This document shows, piece by piece, positions 24,120 through 36,899 of a stretch of DNA of 64,000 nucleotides. The position numbers and the translations under genes are program-made. Numbering within the stretch: position 1 is the first letter of the stretch; each line of letters starts with the position of its first letter. The notes under the pieces were generated by a model. The model made no database searches, was not told the origin of the DNA, and saw nothing but the letters and a program-made list of their open reading frames with translations. Source of the DNA: Octopus vulgaris. Taxonomy: Eukaryota. The stretch covers positions 46,624,001-46,688,000 of the forward strand of contig OX597814.1 of NCBI GenBank assembly GCA_951406725.2. Reading direction: 5' to 3'.

Positions 24120-24975
24120 CCCCTTTGTAGATGTTCGTTCCTGTCTTACAAGTGGGACGCCATCCAGTGCAACATTTTCTTGGATAAGCTGATGTGCCGA
24201 CTTAACTCGCACCGTCAACCATGTTTCCGCTCGGCCTCCACGCTCCACAGCGGTGCTTCGCTCAACGTAGTGCCATCACTCTCGACAGGGATTCGGCTGG
24301 ATAGCGACTGTTTACTCGTCGGTGTTTCCTTGCGGTTTGGCCTCTGGAACTGTGAACCTCACAAATGTCGCTACGGATCCACTGTGGGTTCTTTCGGCCT
24401 CCACCCATTGTCGGTCATTATAGTGCTGGCCGCTTACCACGTCATGCTGTTCTCAATGAGATTATATAAAGCTTGGCCTAGAACTCCACAAGCTTCCCTT
24501 CCCAGCTCGAGCCAGCGGAGCTGGACCGAAGGGACGCTAAAAGGCCGGAAGACATGATAATTTTCCCGTTTTGCGGTGGTAGGTCCCTCGTCTTGGAAGA
24601 CACATGCTGCAATACCTTCTCCACATCAACTCGGTGTATTCGGTTACCAGCCCATGCTTCGCTGCTCGTCAGGCCGAAAAGGGCAAACTGTCAAAGTATC
24701 GACTGCTCTCTAACAGATTTGCGGTCGAGCCTGTGGCAGTGGAGACTTCCGGCATTCTTGGTCCTCAGAATAAATCCCTGCTCACTACTATCACGGCGGA
24801 GATGGCTATCCGCAAAGTGAGTGGGAGTGGCTGTTCCAGCTCGTTTCCCTTGCCATTCTCCAGGGCAACGCCTTTTCCATGTTGTCCGCCAGGACCATGA
24901 GACGAGCTGACTAGCCTTTTCCGTTATAGCTGTTGTACATTACTAGTGCATACACCCTTCTTAATAAAACTGTCA
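24120..24975 (+). mobile_element. 3' fragment of a CRE-like non-LTR retrotransposon (zinc knuckle plus restriction-like endonuclease)
   Basis: Frameshifted ORFs read ...HKCR.G..V..GLHPLS..SAGRLPRHAVLNEII, KRPEDM.IFP..GGRSLV.D.TC, AEKGKLSKY, PVAVETSG.LGP and LAILQGNA; AATAAA near 24963. Confidence 0.8.
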
Positions 24976-25020
24976 TAAGAAAGAAAAGGCAAAGTTCAGG
25001 TGAGACTTAAACAATGGATA

Positions 25021-25382
25021 TCTCTCTATATATATAAACGGCAAAATGTCTGTGTGTGTGTGTGTCCTTTATACAAATCCACAATTTTTCAGTTAGAGGG
25101 CTCGCACTTTGTATGATCATTCAAAACCGTCCAAGGGTGGTCGTGCACATCGTTACATTTCCCCAGTCACCCTGCAAAGCCATTAAAAAATCAATAGAAG
25201 TGACTTTTTTGTGAATTTTTTTATCCAAAACCCAATCAAAATGTCCGAAACGTGATACGCCAATTGAATGCCAGCTAGCTGTATGTGATTAATCGGAGAT
25301 TTGGACAGTACTCGCGTGTATGTGTGCACGCACGCAGGTGTATATGCACGCACTAGCACTATGACCCGGGTTATAGTGCTAG
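25021..25382 (+). mobile_element. Non-autonomous Helitron-like MITE
   Basis: A|TC..TATATATAAACGGCA start; ends in the near-palindrome actagcactatgacccgggttatagtgCTAG|T. Confidence 0.8.
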
Positions 25383-26654
25383 TAATCAATAAAAGTTTAC
25401 CAGATGTAGATCTCACCTAAGTTTTGTAAAGTGATAGTAGTTATATAGGGCTAGAGTATCTAGATCAATAGAGAGGAGAACCACTCGCATGCGAAATCTC
25501 TAATAAAAAAAAGCCCATAGGCAAAATAAAAATTAAACAGTTTAATAAACATAGTATACTTATAAATTTTTTAATTCATTATTTTTTTCATAATAGTTAC
25601 GTTTCCCACTGTGATTCACTCCTCGTATTAAAATATGGTTCCTCGATCCTAATCTAGATAGTTTAACGGCCTTCTGAAGAAGTGGTCGTTTCAGTCTTCA
25701 AGAAGAAACATGGCTGCTTTTGGGTCCTCGGCAGGAAGATCTCTTCCAAAATTCAAGGGGTTTTGAAATCGTTCTTTTAGGGAGAGGCCCGTCAAATATT
25801 CAGGGCTCCTCCTTGGTTCTTTCTGAGCCCGGACTAATATACCGGCTAAGCCCCACACCTTCTTAGGCTCCTGGCTGAAACAATAAGTAATCTAATTAAT
25901 ATGAAACTTAAACTTCACAATAAATTGTCCTTTGTAGCTGATAAAGATGTCAAACCGTGTGTTAAACAAGAAATGCTTTATTGAACAATAACCTCCAAAT
26001 TAACACCGTTGTAGGAAGTTGTTCAACAGAGTATTTCTTGTTAAACACAGTTTGAATCTGAACATTGAACAGATTAAACTCGGTACCTGAAGTGAAAAAA
26101 GTGACGATTTATTTAGAAACAACGAATCACCCGAAGTGCTTTGAAACTCAAAACTTATAATCACAAATACAGTCCACTTTTTGTGGTGTTTTCGGTGGAA
26201 TAATGTTTCGTTTTATTTTATTTTGCGGTTTCATTTACCTACATAACAATAGTTTTCATGGATGTCTATTTTCAGATAAATCTTTCCTCCATTAATTTAA
26301 TGGATAAGACCTATTTTTCAATTAGGACGGAATCAAAGACGTTATGTCTAATATTATTCCACTACAATGCGACAAATCTTTATATACTGTACTACATTCT
26401 TATTTTCATAGTGACAGCCAGATTTGAACCCACAGTAACTTCCTTGAGCGATGGGTTCTAAAAAACATACTAAATATATGTTGTATTTAGTTAAGGTCGG
26501 TTTAACAGCATTAGAGACACCCCGGGGTAAATAAATGCACTGGACCCTAAAGTATTAATTGATAGCAAGTCACAACATTACAGAGATTAGAATTCGATCC
26601 CCAAGACAGGTGAGAGCCTCTGGGCAATTGCTCAGTATGTAAATGCCTTAAGAC

Positions 26655-27204
26655 CAGGGCCAGTTTTAAGCCAATCGACAGGTTTGTTCAAATTGAGCCC
26701 CGCATACACGCTCAATGATGAATTAAATATTTCCTAATGTTTTTACTGCTTTGAGGATTTACTTAACTATGCTCGTAACAGTCCCAGTCCGATCAGGTGA
26801 AAGAAGTTTTTCAAAACTAAAACTGATTAAAACATATCTAGGATTAACAATTTCACAAGACAGACTAAATAATTTGGCGATGCTATCTAAAAAATGACAT
26901 TACAATAACTATTGACATTGAAATGATTTTGCAAGTCTTCTCAACTAAAATAGCCAGAACAACCTGCTTTTTTTTTTTTTTTAGGTCTGTTCATTAATAA
27001 TTATTTTGACTTGAAATAAAACAAAACTTTCATATGAACTTCCAATTTTTAATATATCATTGTGGCTAATGGTGGAACCTCAAGCCCTCAGTGCTTTTTG
27101 GTTGGGACTGACGTACTATATAAAGCATAAAACATCAATCTTCAGTTTTGTAGAGGGTTTCACAATTCACTAATTGGGCCCCGCGCTTCCTTGCACCGGC
27201 CCTG
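26655..27204 (+). mobile_element. Internally deleted hAT transposon with TIRs and 8-bp TSD cttaagac
   Basis: CAGGGCC...GGCCCTG termini; TSD at 26647-26654 and 27205-27212; hAT dimerization-domain remnant ALRIYLTMLVTV..SGERSFSKLKLIKTYL..TISQDRLNNLAMLS. Confidence 0.9.
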
Positions 27205-29999
27205 CTTAAGACAGCACTGTACTTAATACTACGAAATATTTCTTTCCCAGTGAATTGTCTTAACAGTAATTATAAATATTGTATCTATAAGAGCATTCGA
27301 TTATTTATCAGTCCAACAAACTAATGTTATGTCCTGTAGTAGATAGTCTTTGATTGTGTTGCATATTTAGACGTTACATACGTAGACCGTACCAGAATAA
27401 TGTAGATTTAAAGTTCGTGCTCTTATTCGCATAAGCATTCTCCAGTTGCTCCATATTAAGACAACATTTAGACATTATTTCGTTTTTGTATTTGGTTTGC
27501 AAGATTCTTTATGTGAATTGGTGTGTTGAAGCATATTTTATTGTCTGGAGGGAATCATTCTGTTTTAATGCCTTGTTAATTAACACATTCATCGGTTCGA
27601 TTTCCACTAATTTACTTATTTTTTCTAAAATTTTCGTTGCTTCTTGACATTATGATAACGTTAAATTACGAACAGCATTTAGTCATTTTAACGCTAAATT
27701 GTGATTATTTTTTCTTTTAGCGGCATAATACTTATTACCTCAGTGTCACAGCCATTGTGTATTAATTTCGGTCCTTATCACATGTATAATTTTCCCTTTG
27801 TCATCTGAACTACAGATTCCCAATTTTCTATTAGGCCGGAAAAATTCATCTTTTGATTTTTTTTTTAACCTTTTCTTCGACTTTTTAAATGATTATATAT
27901 ACACCAGCGTTCTAAATGTGGGTTATTGTACCAAGAACAAATTTGTGATCTAGCCAATTTAGATTGTTACAGTATTCCCTGTAACAATTCAAATTGGGAA
28001 GCCGGTAGTAAAAAATCTGGTCCTGACCTCGCCCTTATTATTATTTTTTTTTTCCCAAAATATATTTATATAAATGAAAATAAAAATAAACAGTCTGGGG
28101 TGCAGGAACAAAAATCAGGTTTGTGCTTCTCGTTTTTGTAGTCACCTTATATATATATTTTTTACTCTTGAATACGTACATTTACAACTCTTGGCTAATT
28201 TTTACTATTACACATAAAATCTCTAATAGGTGAATTTTTGGAATAGCCATCAGTACCTCATGTACAAAGAAAAGGACAAGGAACTGGGTGGTTGTTTCCT
28301 TCTGTGAAACATTTTTGTTAAAAATATGTACTTTTTTTTTACATTTTTGCCCCTCCATCAAACCATACCCTTTATCGTTAGAAAGAAAATGGCATTAATA
28401 TCAAATGTGGGTGGTAAGGGAAATTCGTGAGGAATGCCCTCATTTGAGTGTTAACTAAAATTAACTCCTGACATTTGACAACACTAGTGTAGTATCCGTA
28501 GAAAATAACTGGGTTTATTTCTTCCTCCTTTCAGTAATTCTTGATATTTTTGTTCAAGACTTGTTTTATTTTTTGTGTATCATTCTGTCTTCTCTACTCT
28601 AATACTTTCTCTTTCACCTCTGGGCCGAAACCGAACGTGGTTCCTTCTGATGATGTCTTGAGCTAACTGGATCCTATAAAGGAGCTGTTGTTGTAGCAGA
28701 CCACGAAACACGGTTGAAATTCCTCCTGTACTAAAATGATTTTAAAAAGAGCACTGAAAGATATGCTTTGTGGTAAAGCAGAAATAATTCTTAACCAACA
28801 GTGATGAGAAGGGAAATTCTTAAAGTGAATTAAAATTCATCTCAAAAGGAGCAAGGAAGAGGACTGAATTTTGAGTTGGTTAAAATGAAAAGGTGATATG
28901 TAGAGAGTAATCGGCTTAAACTGGTAACTAGAGTAACCAGCCTGACATTAACTTCCTCACTACATTGCTATCTGGTCGTAGAATGATTTGAAGAGTATAT
29001 GTATTTGATATGAAAGTAACCTACTGATTAGGTAATTTAAAATAATGACATTAGGGATCATGGAGATGCATCCTACATGAAGAACATAAAATTAAGTCCA
29101 AGGTAACATCCTTAATGTTGTAAATCGAAAATAATTGTCAGGCAAATTATACTCCAAATGATAAAAAAGATTATGAAAATGTAGGGATGTAGGAGGAGGT
29201 CCTACTTAAGTTAATGATTTGTTTAATTTTTTTTCCATTACTCTTTGGGGAAATTTGATACTGCTTTTTGTCTTTGTCCTTTAAACTTCAGTTTTAGTTT
29301 ACACGAAATGCATAAGTTTAAAGGACAGTGAATAGTATTCCACACTGGATACAACTTAGATGTGTATGATTTATCTGACTTATTTTTATGTCTCACATTT
29401 GATTCTAGCTGAGCTATTTCAGCATTTTAAACGTCGTCTTCAGTTATATGTGTACTCTTTTTTTTTATACAATTTTCAATCTATTTTTTTAAAACCAAAT
29501 TTACAATGAAGACATTACTACAAATATGGATCATTCTGTGCGAATTGATTGAGCAAGAATTTAGTAAATAAGGCAATATGATATAGTTTTCAACAAAATA
29601 AACCTGATCAGGCTGAATAATGTGGATTGCCTGAACAGCACATGTCAATATCTAAGGCTGAAAGTTGAACGCAGAGTTGAAGTGATCTCTGGTGTTAAAA
29701 GGGTCAATACAATGTTACACCTATAAATTACGTCCATTATGCTGTATATCAATTGTTTTGCATTAAAGCTGTTGAGATATCCAAATGAAATGCTGTTTAC
29801 TAAACAGATACAGTACAAGTAGAAGAATAGAAAGGATGAGAATGGCTTGCTGGATCCGCTAAGATATCAAAGTAAATTTTCGGACAGTTCAAGAAATTTT
29901 ACTATTTAATAAGTTTTATTTCAATTCTAACTCAACATGCAAATAATATGAATACAATAAAGAACATGAAATCAATTGACATCCCGTCTCTTGTTAATT

Positions 30000-30187
30000 G
30001 TTAGTTACAGAAGACAAAATTTTGCACTGCCTTGTCTTGGTCGCATGAATGGCGACTGGACTCCAATTGGAGTGCTCGTACTTGAGTATTTCTTCAGTAG
30101 GGGGCAGCTTCATCGAAGAAACTGGCGAATGTTATTTCTATTCCCGGCTTACCTTAATCGCACAACATATATTCTGCACTGACACAG
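30000..30187 (+). other. Probable first exon of the plus-strand transcription unit (YY1-like AATGGCG; strong CAG|GTAAGG donor)
   Basis: Locally CpG-rich, non-repetitive patch ending in a consensus donor, divergent from SEC13. An open frame runs from ATG 30049 to the donor. Confidence 0.5.
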
Positions 30188-33100
30188 GTAAGGTTCTCTC
30201 CTACTACTAAAGTAACTATTTCCATTGCTATTGTTTTGTTCGTTGCTGACTGAAAAATCGATCAAGTGCATCTCGCTTATTTTTTTTTTCTCTCTCTCTC
30301 TGACAATTAATATCAAGGATGATGTTTAATAGGATTTAAGGTTTTTACAGATAGTTTATTTCTCTATTTGTTTAAATTTATTCATTGTCTCTCTTTACCA
30401 TTCTCGATATGATTTGAAATTCATGATAATTTTAAGAGAATCGATTGCTTGTTTCTATGTCTTGTAGGTATAACTTTTTTGAATATTAGTGTGAAAAATA
30501 GATTAATGCTTTAAAATTTTTCAAGTGTAAAATATCACTTAATATTATCCTCCATTTACCACATAATTCATTATCATTGTTGTAATTTGCACAATTCCTT
30601 ATCGTTGTTACTTGCGCAATTCATTAAATTTGGCCATTTGACAATTTAGTAAACAATCGCAACATTCAAAACCTACAAATAGTTATTGATGGAAACAAGT
30701 TTCGCAAAATAGATTAGTTGTATAATACTTGAGACTAATTTCCTATGACTGAAATCATTAGATTTTTCTTATCTTAACGCATAAACAGAAAATACTTGTG
30801 TATATCTCGAGGAAGCTTCTATGGGGGTCATCCGTTCTGTTAGAAATAGCAGTCAAATTTCCGTTATGTTCCTTCTTTCATTTTAATGGATGAAAAATAA
30901 ATGCTAATACTATGCTGAATAAAAGGCTGGCTAGCCATAGCTAGAACACTTTTAATCAAAGATTTAATTGATCAACTCTGATATGGGGTTAAATAAAATA
31001 TTTGAAATGCACTATGCGCCTAAACAAGCCGTATATATATTCTATATGAATTTCATGTGTTTTAGTGTATTTACGTATGTTGATATTTGTTCTGCAGTAC
31101 TATGGGCCTATGAACAATTTCATTGTCAACACTACACTAGAAAGATCCAAGTAATAAATCCATTAAAATATTTCTTTGCTTGTGGCTTTTTCCCTCTCCT
31201 ATTAGAGTAGACTTCTGAAAGAGTTTATCACTTTCTACTTTGTCTTGAAAACAACCGTTAGTATCCGAGAGGATACACCGTTACATATTGGCCATTGAAA
31301 ATAGAGAAAATCATTTCTGATTTCTAAGATAGTGAATGAAAGTGGTATTCATATTACAATTATTATTATTTTAATTTTATTTAGACTACTTACCACAAAA
31401 TGATTTTTTTTTTTTTGAAATTTTAATCAGAGGTCTGGACTCTCAACACGAAAACCTTGCCTTCACCACTTCATTTCTGGCAACACCCCAAGCAAGAATT
31501 AAACTGTCTTGAAATTGATCTTCAATTAATGCAACAATGGGTTTAATATGTATTAATAATTACTTCTTCACCTCAATAATTTAGTTATTTTGAATAAATC
31601 GTTATTCTTCATCATCGTCTACATTAGAATACTCGTATAGTTTTAAGTGTTTACATATGAAAAGATGAATGTGAGAGATATTTGACAATCTAATTCTGCA
31701 GTTATTTTGTGTTCCAATAAATATAAAATTTAAATTAATGAAATAACTTATATGCGTGTTGTGAATGCCTATGCTGTTTACATACCACACCTTCATTATC
31801 AACTTTATATTTTAAAAAGTCACAAATATCACAGATTTTTTTTTTTACAATTTTACATTTTGATTCAATTTTTTAAAAATTATTTAATTTATTTAAATGA
31901 CATACGTTTAGAACAAAACAAGTGGCAGGGTGTATAATATATATGCTGGTGTGTGCATGTATGTTTGTGTATACACGTGTGTGTGTTGTGAAAACTTATA
32001 CTGTTTACATACCAACATTATGCTAAAACAAAATGCATAAATGTCCCATAACGTAGATAAATCTTTTTTCTTACTATTTTGTGTTTTGATTTATCTTTTT
32101 GAAATTATTTCATGTATTTAAAAATGGTAAACATCTAGAAAAAAAAAAAGTTGCGTGCGTGTGTACTCCTTTTAACGTCCAATTCTCTATGCTTGCAATG
32201 CATCAGACGAAACTTTGAGGCATATTTTCTAGGCACGGATGCTCTTTCTGTTGCCAATCTTCGCCTGTTTTGAAGCAAGGTGATATTTCCTCTAGTCTAT
32301 TGAACAACGAACAGCCCAGTCATACTTTCGCTGAAGATTGTAAACAATAGTGACACTTTATTTACAGTCAACGTGTGCCAAGACAAAATTGTTAATGAAT
32401 AATTATTTGGTGGGTGTAATAATATCACTAAGAATTATTAGGAGTGAGTGTAAGTAACTGTTACATCAATAGCTGAAATAAGACCAGAGGAACTTTCTGT
32501 TGGATTGATGAGGAAGCAAAAAATTAAATGCTGACCAGTAACACGTAGGTTGCACTGTGATTTGTATAAATACGTCGGATAAAATGAATCAATTTGATAT
32601 AGGAATACAGATATAAGTCGAATCTTTCCGATGAAATAGCAATATAACTCAATAAGTTAAATATTTGATAAAGACTACTGTTCAACCTAAAAATTTTGAA
32701 CAAGAGACAGAACGAACTAAAAAAAAATTAATGTGAGAGAAATAAATAAATGTTGCGTGTTGTGAATATCCATGGTATTTACGTACCACGCCTTCATTAT
32801 AAAAGCATACTAAAAAAATAAACACAAATATCACATGTTAATAGATAGCATATGATGAGATCCCATGCAGATCTATTATATTTACAGACAAAACTTTATC
32901 ATATCTTACGAATTGCATGTATATGCCAAAATAAAATTTTAAAGTTTGAAGTCATAAATTCTAATACCACAGGATTGTGAGAGTACATGGGCTTTCCTTA
33001 TTCTTCAATGAGACTGTCTACATTTGGTATTTCATGCCAACCATCGCAAGATGGTTTGAAGATTCCTATTTATTGACTGATATGAGCTCTGAACCACAAG

Positions 33101-33214
33101 TGAAAACAAATGTGGCTAAATTCAGCTGGAAAGGGATCGTGTTACAGTGTCCTTAAATGTCACATGTTCTCACTCCCACATTAACATTTATTTGGGTGTG
33201 TGTGTGTGTATATA

Positions 33215-33492
33215 TATAATGCTGAAACCTCCTTCGGTCATGACTGACCATGGTATTGCATCTAGAAAGTTACCCTCGCAGGCACAAGTCCAGGCAAGGT
33301 TGTTTATGGAACTCCACGCCACCAGTGTTATCCAACGGATAGGCAAAGGCCGATACAGCTTAGCACCTGTGACGTCATAACTCATTTCTACAGCTGAGTG
33401 AACTGGAGCAACGTGAAATAAAGTGTCCAAGATTCGAACTCACAACCTCATTATCATAAGCTTGACGCTCTAACCACTGAGCCATACACCTT
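33215..33492 (-). mobile_element. tRNA-headed SINE, family A variant
   Basis: Minus strand reads TGGCTCAGTGGTTAGAGC..GTGAGTTCGAATC; body gttgctccagttcactcagctgtagaaatg. Confidence 0.7.
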
Positions 33493-33934
33493 CTCACACA
33501 CAGATATATATATATTCAGAAACTCGAGTCCATGTGTATCATAAGTTGGAGACGGGAAGGCTCAATGAAGTGGGCCACATGACTACTGCATTTCTTAAAA
33601 TTTACTATTATCTTTAATTCTTTAAAGTTAACACACAAAAGCACATATACATTTTCTATATCCTACTTTATGTTATGACAGATAAAAAGAGGAAATGAGA
33701 TTCATTTGACAGTTCAGTAATTATTATTGATGAATAAATAAGTTGGCATTGGGAAGTTTTGTATGAAATAAATATGTTACAGCTTCGAAATTCATACATC
33801 CATGACAATCTCTAAGGATGATTGTTGCGTTACTTGAATGATGGGACAGTGTTATGTTTCTGAGTGGTCAGCAGCTTGAAGGCAAAAGTTGTAGTGGCCA
33901 AATGTGGCATATTCAAAATTTTAGCTGCCAAATG

Positions 33935-35765
33935 AGGTAATGAAAGTCAGGGAGAGGGTCATAGCCCAACTAATTAGAGAGAGAGTCAGTCTAGATGAAA
34001 TGCAGTTTGGGTTTGTGCCAGGGAAACGCACTACTGATGCTATATTTCTGGTAAGATAGCTTCAGGAGAAATACCTAGCCAACGATAAACCTCTGTACCT
34101 AGCTTTTGTTGATATGAAGAAAGGTTTTGACAGGGTTCCCCAATCCCTTATCTGGTGGTCAATGAGGAAAGTAGGGATAGATTAATGGTTAGTGAGAGCT
34201 GTACAAGCCATGTACAGGAATGCTGTCAGTAAGGAAAGGGTTGGCAATGAGTACAGTGAAGAATTCTTCCGGGTAGGGGTCCACTAAGGATCAGTCCTCA
34301 GCCCCCCTCTTATTCATCCTCCAGATTAATAACAGAGGAATTCAAAACAGGATGCTCCTGGAAGCTTCTGTATGTTGATGACCTTACTCTAATAGGTGAG
34401 TCACTGTCAAAATTAGAGAAGTTTCAGGTGTGGAAGCAAGGTCTAGAATTGAAGGGCCTTAGAGTCAGCCTAGCAAAAACCAAAGTCCTAATAGATAGGA
34501 AGTTAGACAAACCACAAATCTCTTCAGGTAGATGACCCTGCTTAATCTGTAGAAAAAGGCATAGGTAGAAACTCTATAAGATGTACCTGGTGTAAACTAT
34601 GGACATATAAGTGGTGCAGCAATATCAAAGGAAGATAGTTTTTGTATGTGGCAAATGTTCAGGAGCAATAAACACTGAAAATGTGAAGAAAACAGCTTCT
34701 GTCACATACCAGGGGGTTAAACTACAAGTAGTTGATAGCTTCCGTTACCTAGGTGACCAAGTCAGTAGCGCGGGTGGATGCTCTGAAAGTGTAGCTGCGA
34801 GATTAAAAATAGCCTGGGCAAAGTTCAGAGAGCTCCTACCACTGCTGGTGACAAAGGGCCTCTCGCTCAGAGAAAAAGGTAGACTCTATGATGCATGTGT
34901 GTGAACAGCCATGCTACATGGCAGTGAAACATGGGCCATGACTAAGCTTGCAAGGAATGAACCCAGTATGCTCCGCTGGATGTGTAATGTCAGTGTGCAT
35001 ACATGACAGAGTGTGAGTGCCCTGAGAGAAAAGTTGAACTTAAGAATAATCAGATGTGGTGTGCAAGAGAGACGACTGTGTTGGTATGGTCATGTGGTGA
35101 GAATGGATGAGGACAGCTGTGTGAAAAAGTGTCACACACTAGCGGTTGAGGGAACCTGTGGAAGAGGTAGACCCAGGATGACATGGTGAAGCACAACCTT
35201 CAAACATTGGCCTTCACCGAGGCAATGACAAGTGTCCGAGACCTTTGGAGATATGCTGTGTTTGAGAAGACCCATCAAGCCAAGTGAGACTAACCATTGC
35301 CTATGCCAGTGCAGAATAACCAGCCTATTTAAGAGTACCCCTCAATCATTGGGCAATAAACTGCGCTTGTGAAGACCTGTTGAGGCAAGTGAAATCATTG
35401 TCATGGCTGATGACAGTACCGCTTGATTGGCACCTGTACCAGTGGCACATTAAAAGCACTATTTAAGTGTGATCATTCCCAGTGCTGTCTGACTGGCTTC
35501 CGTGGCAGTAGCACATAAAAAGCACCATTCGAGCATAGTCGATGCCAGTGCTGGCTGACTGGTCCTGTGCTGGTGGCACGTAAAAAACACCCACTACACT
35601 CTCAGAGTGGTTGGCATTAGGAAGGGCATCCAGCTGTAGAAACTTTGCCAGATCGGATTGGAGCCTGGTACAGCCTTCTGGCTTGCCAGCCCCTGGTCAA
35701 ACTGTCCAACCCATGACAGCATGGAAAGCAGACGTTAAACGACCACAATGATGAGGATGATGATG
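33935..35765 (+). mobile_element. RTE-clade LINE, 5'-truncated
   Basis: Colinear with 17565-19609; ORF 34611..34904 VVDSFRYLG; same 3' UTR. Confidence 0.9.
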
Positions 35766-35939
35766 AAGCAGCCAGAAGATATATTTAAGAAGCCAAATTT
35801 GTTGAACAAACACCTTCAATGTAAAAAATACAAATGTCTTAATTTGCAAATGTCTATGATGCATATAGATGACAACATTAATATATAAAAATGTGTAGAA
35901 CACTCATATATAGACACACACCTAGTTCTTGTGGTACAA

Positions 35940-36660
35940 TTGGTCAATTTCGAGAAAGAATTCTAAGCATGGAAATAAAACCAAGAATTGAAGGGCCATA
36001 AAATAAACTCAGCAAAAACTGAAGTTTTAGTAAGCAGTGAAGTATACAGCATTCTGTTAAGTTAGAAACTCCACTGAGCCCAGGGTAAACAGTGGGTGCA
36101 CAAGTGCTGTAGTGGGATCACAGGCAGGCAAGAAAAACAGCCTTCATATGTAGCAGGTGTACTGAGGTATTAAACATGAAAAACAACCAAGAAATAGTGA
36201 ATAGTTTCTGTTACTTAGGTAACTTAATTAGCAGTAGGGATAGGTGTTCTGAAAGCATAATAACCAGAGTAGGAACAGATTGGTAAAAGTTTAGGAAGCT
36301 ATTACCTCTGCTGGTAATAATAGATCTCTCCCTTAGAGTGAAGGGCAGATTGTATGATACTTCTTATTTCTTTATTGCCCACAAGGGGCTAAACACAGAG
36401 GGGACAAATAAGGACAGACAAAGGGATTAAGTTGACTACATCGACCTCAGTGCATAATTGGTACTTAATTTATCAACCCCAAAAGGATGAAAGGCAATGT
36501 CGACCTTGGTGGAATTTGAACTCAGAACATAACAGCAGACAAAATACCACTAAGTATTTTGCCGCCTTTTGTATGATTGTATGATACTTCTGCACAGTGG
36601 CTGATGCTGCATGGTTGTAAGATGTAGACTTTGAATGCAGAGGTTTTGCAATAAGAGAAG
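35940..36660 (+). mobile_element. Old RTE fragment interrupted by a minus-strand family B SINE (36365-36570, TSD gattgtatgatacttct)
   Basis: VNSFCYLG and LRVKGRLYD remnants; TSD at 36348-36364 and 36575-36591. Confidence 0.75.
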
Positions 36661-36899
36661 ACTATTTGTACATGTCTATGATGCATATAGATGACAACAT
36701 TAATATATAAAAATGTGTAGAACACTCATATATAAACACACACATCATGAGTTTGTTGTATATAGTACTCAGGCACACTACAACTCATTCGAAAAAGTTA
36801 AAAGATGGGCCAGAATACAGTTATATAAGTCAAGTAATAAAAGATAGAAACACATGTACAACACATAATAAAACACAAAGTCAGAATAGTGAACAGTAA

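Noticed and set aside
25650-25880. GC-richer patch considered as RNase P/MRP, snRNA or hammerhead
   Set aside because: No diagnostic motifs or consistent stems found; more likely a decayed MITE.
31750-32835. Degenerate ~90-bp direct repeat (31752-31835 vs 32753-32835)
   Set aside because: Old, AT-rich, no ORF or termini; probably an unclassified repeat relic.
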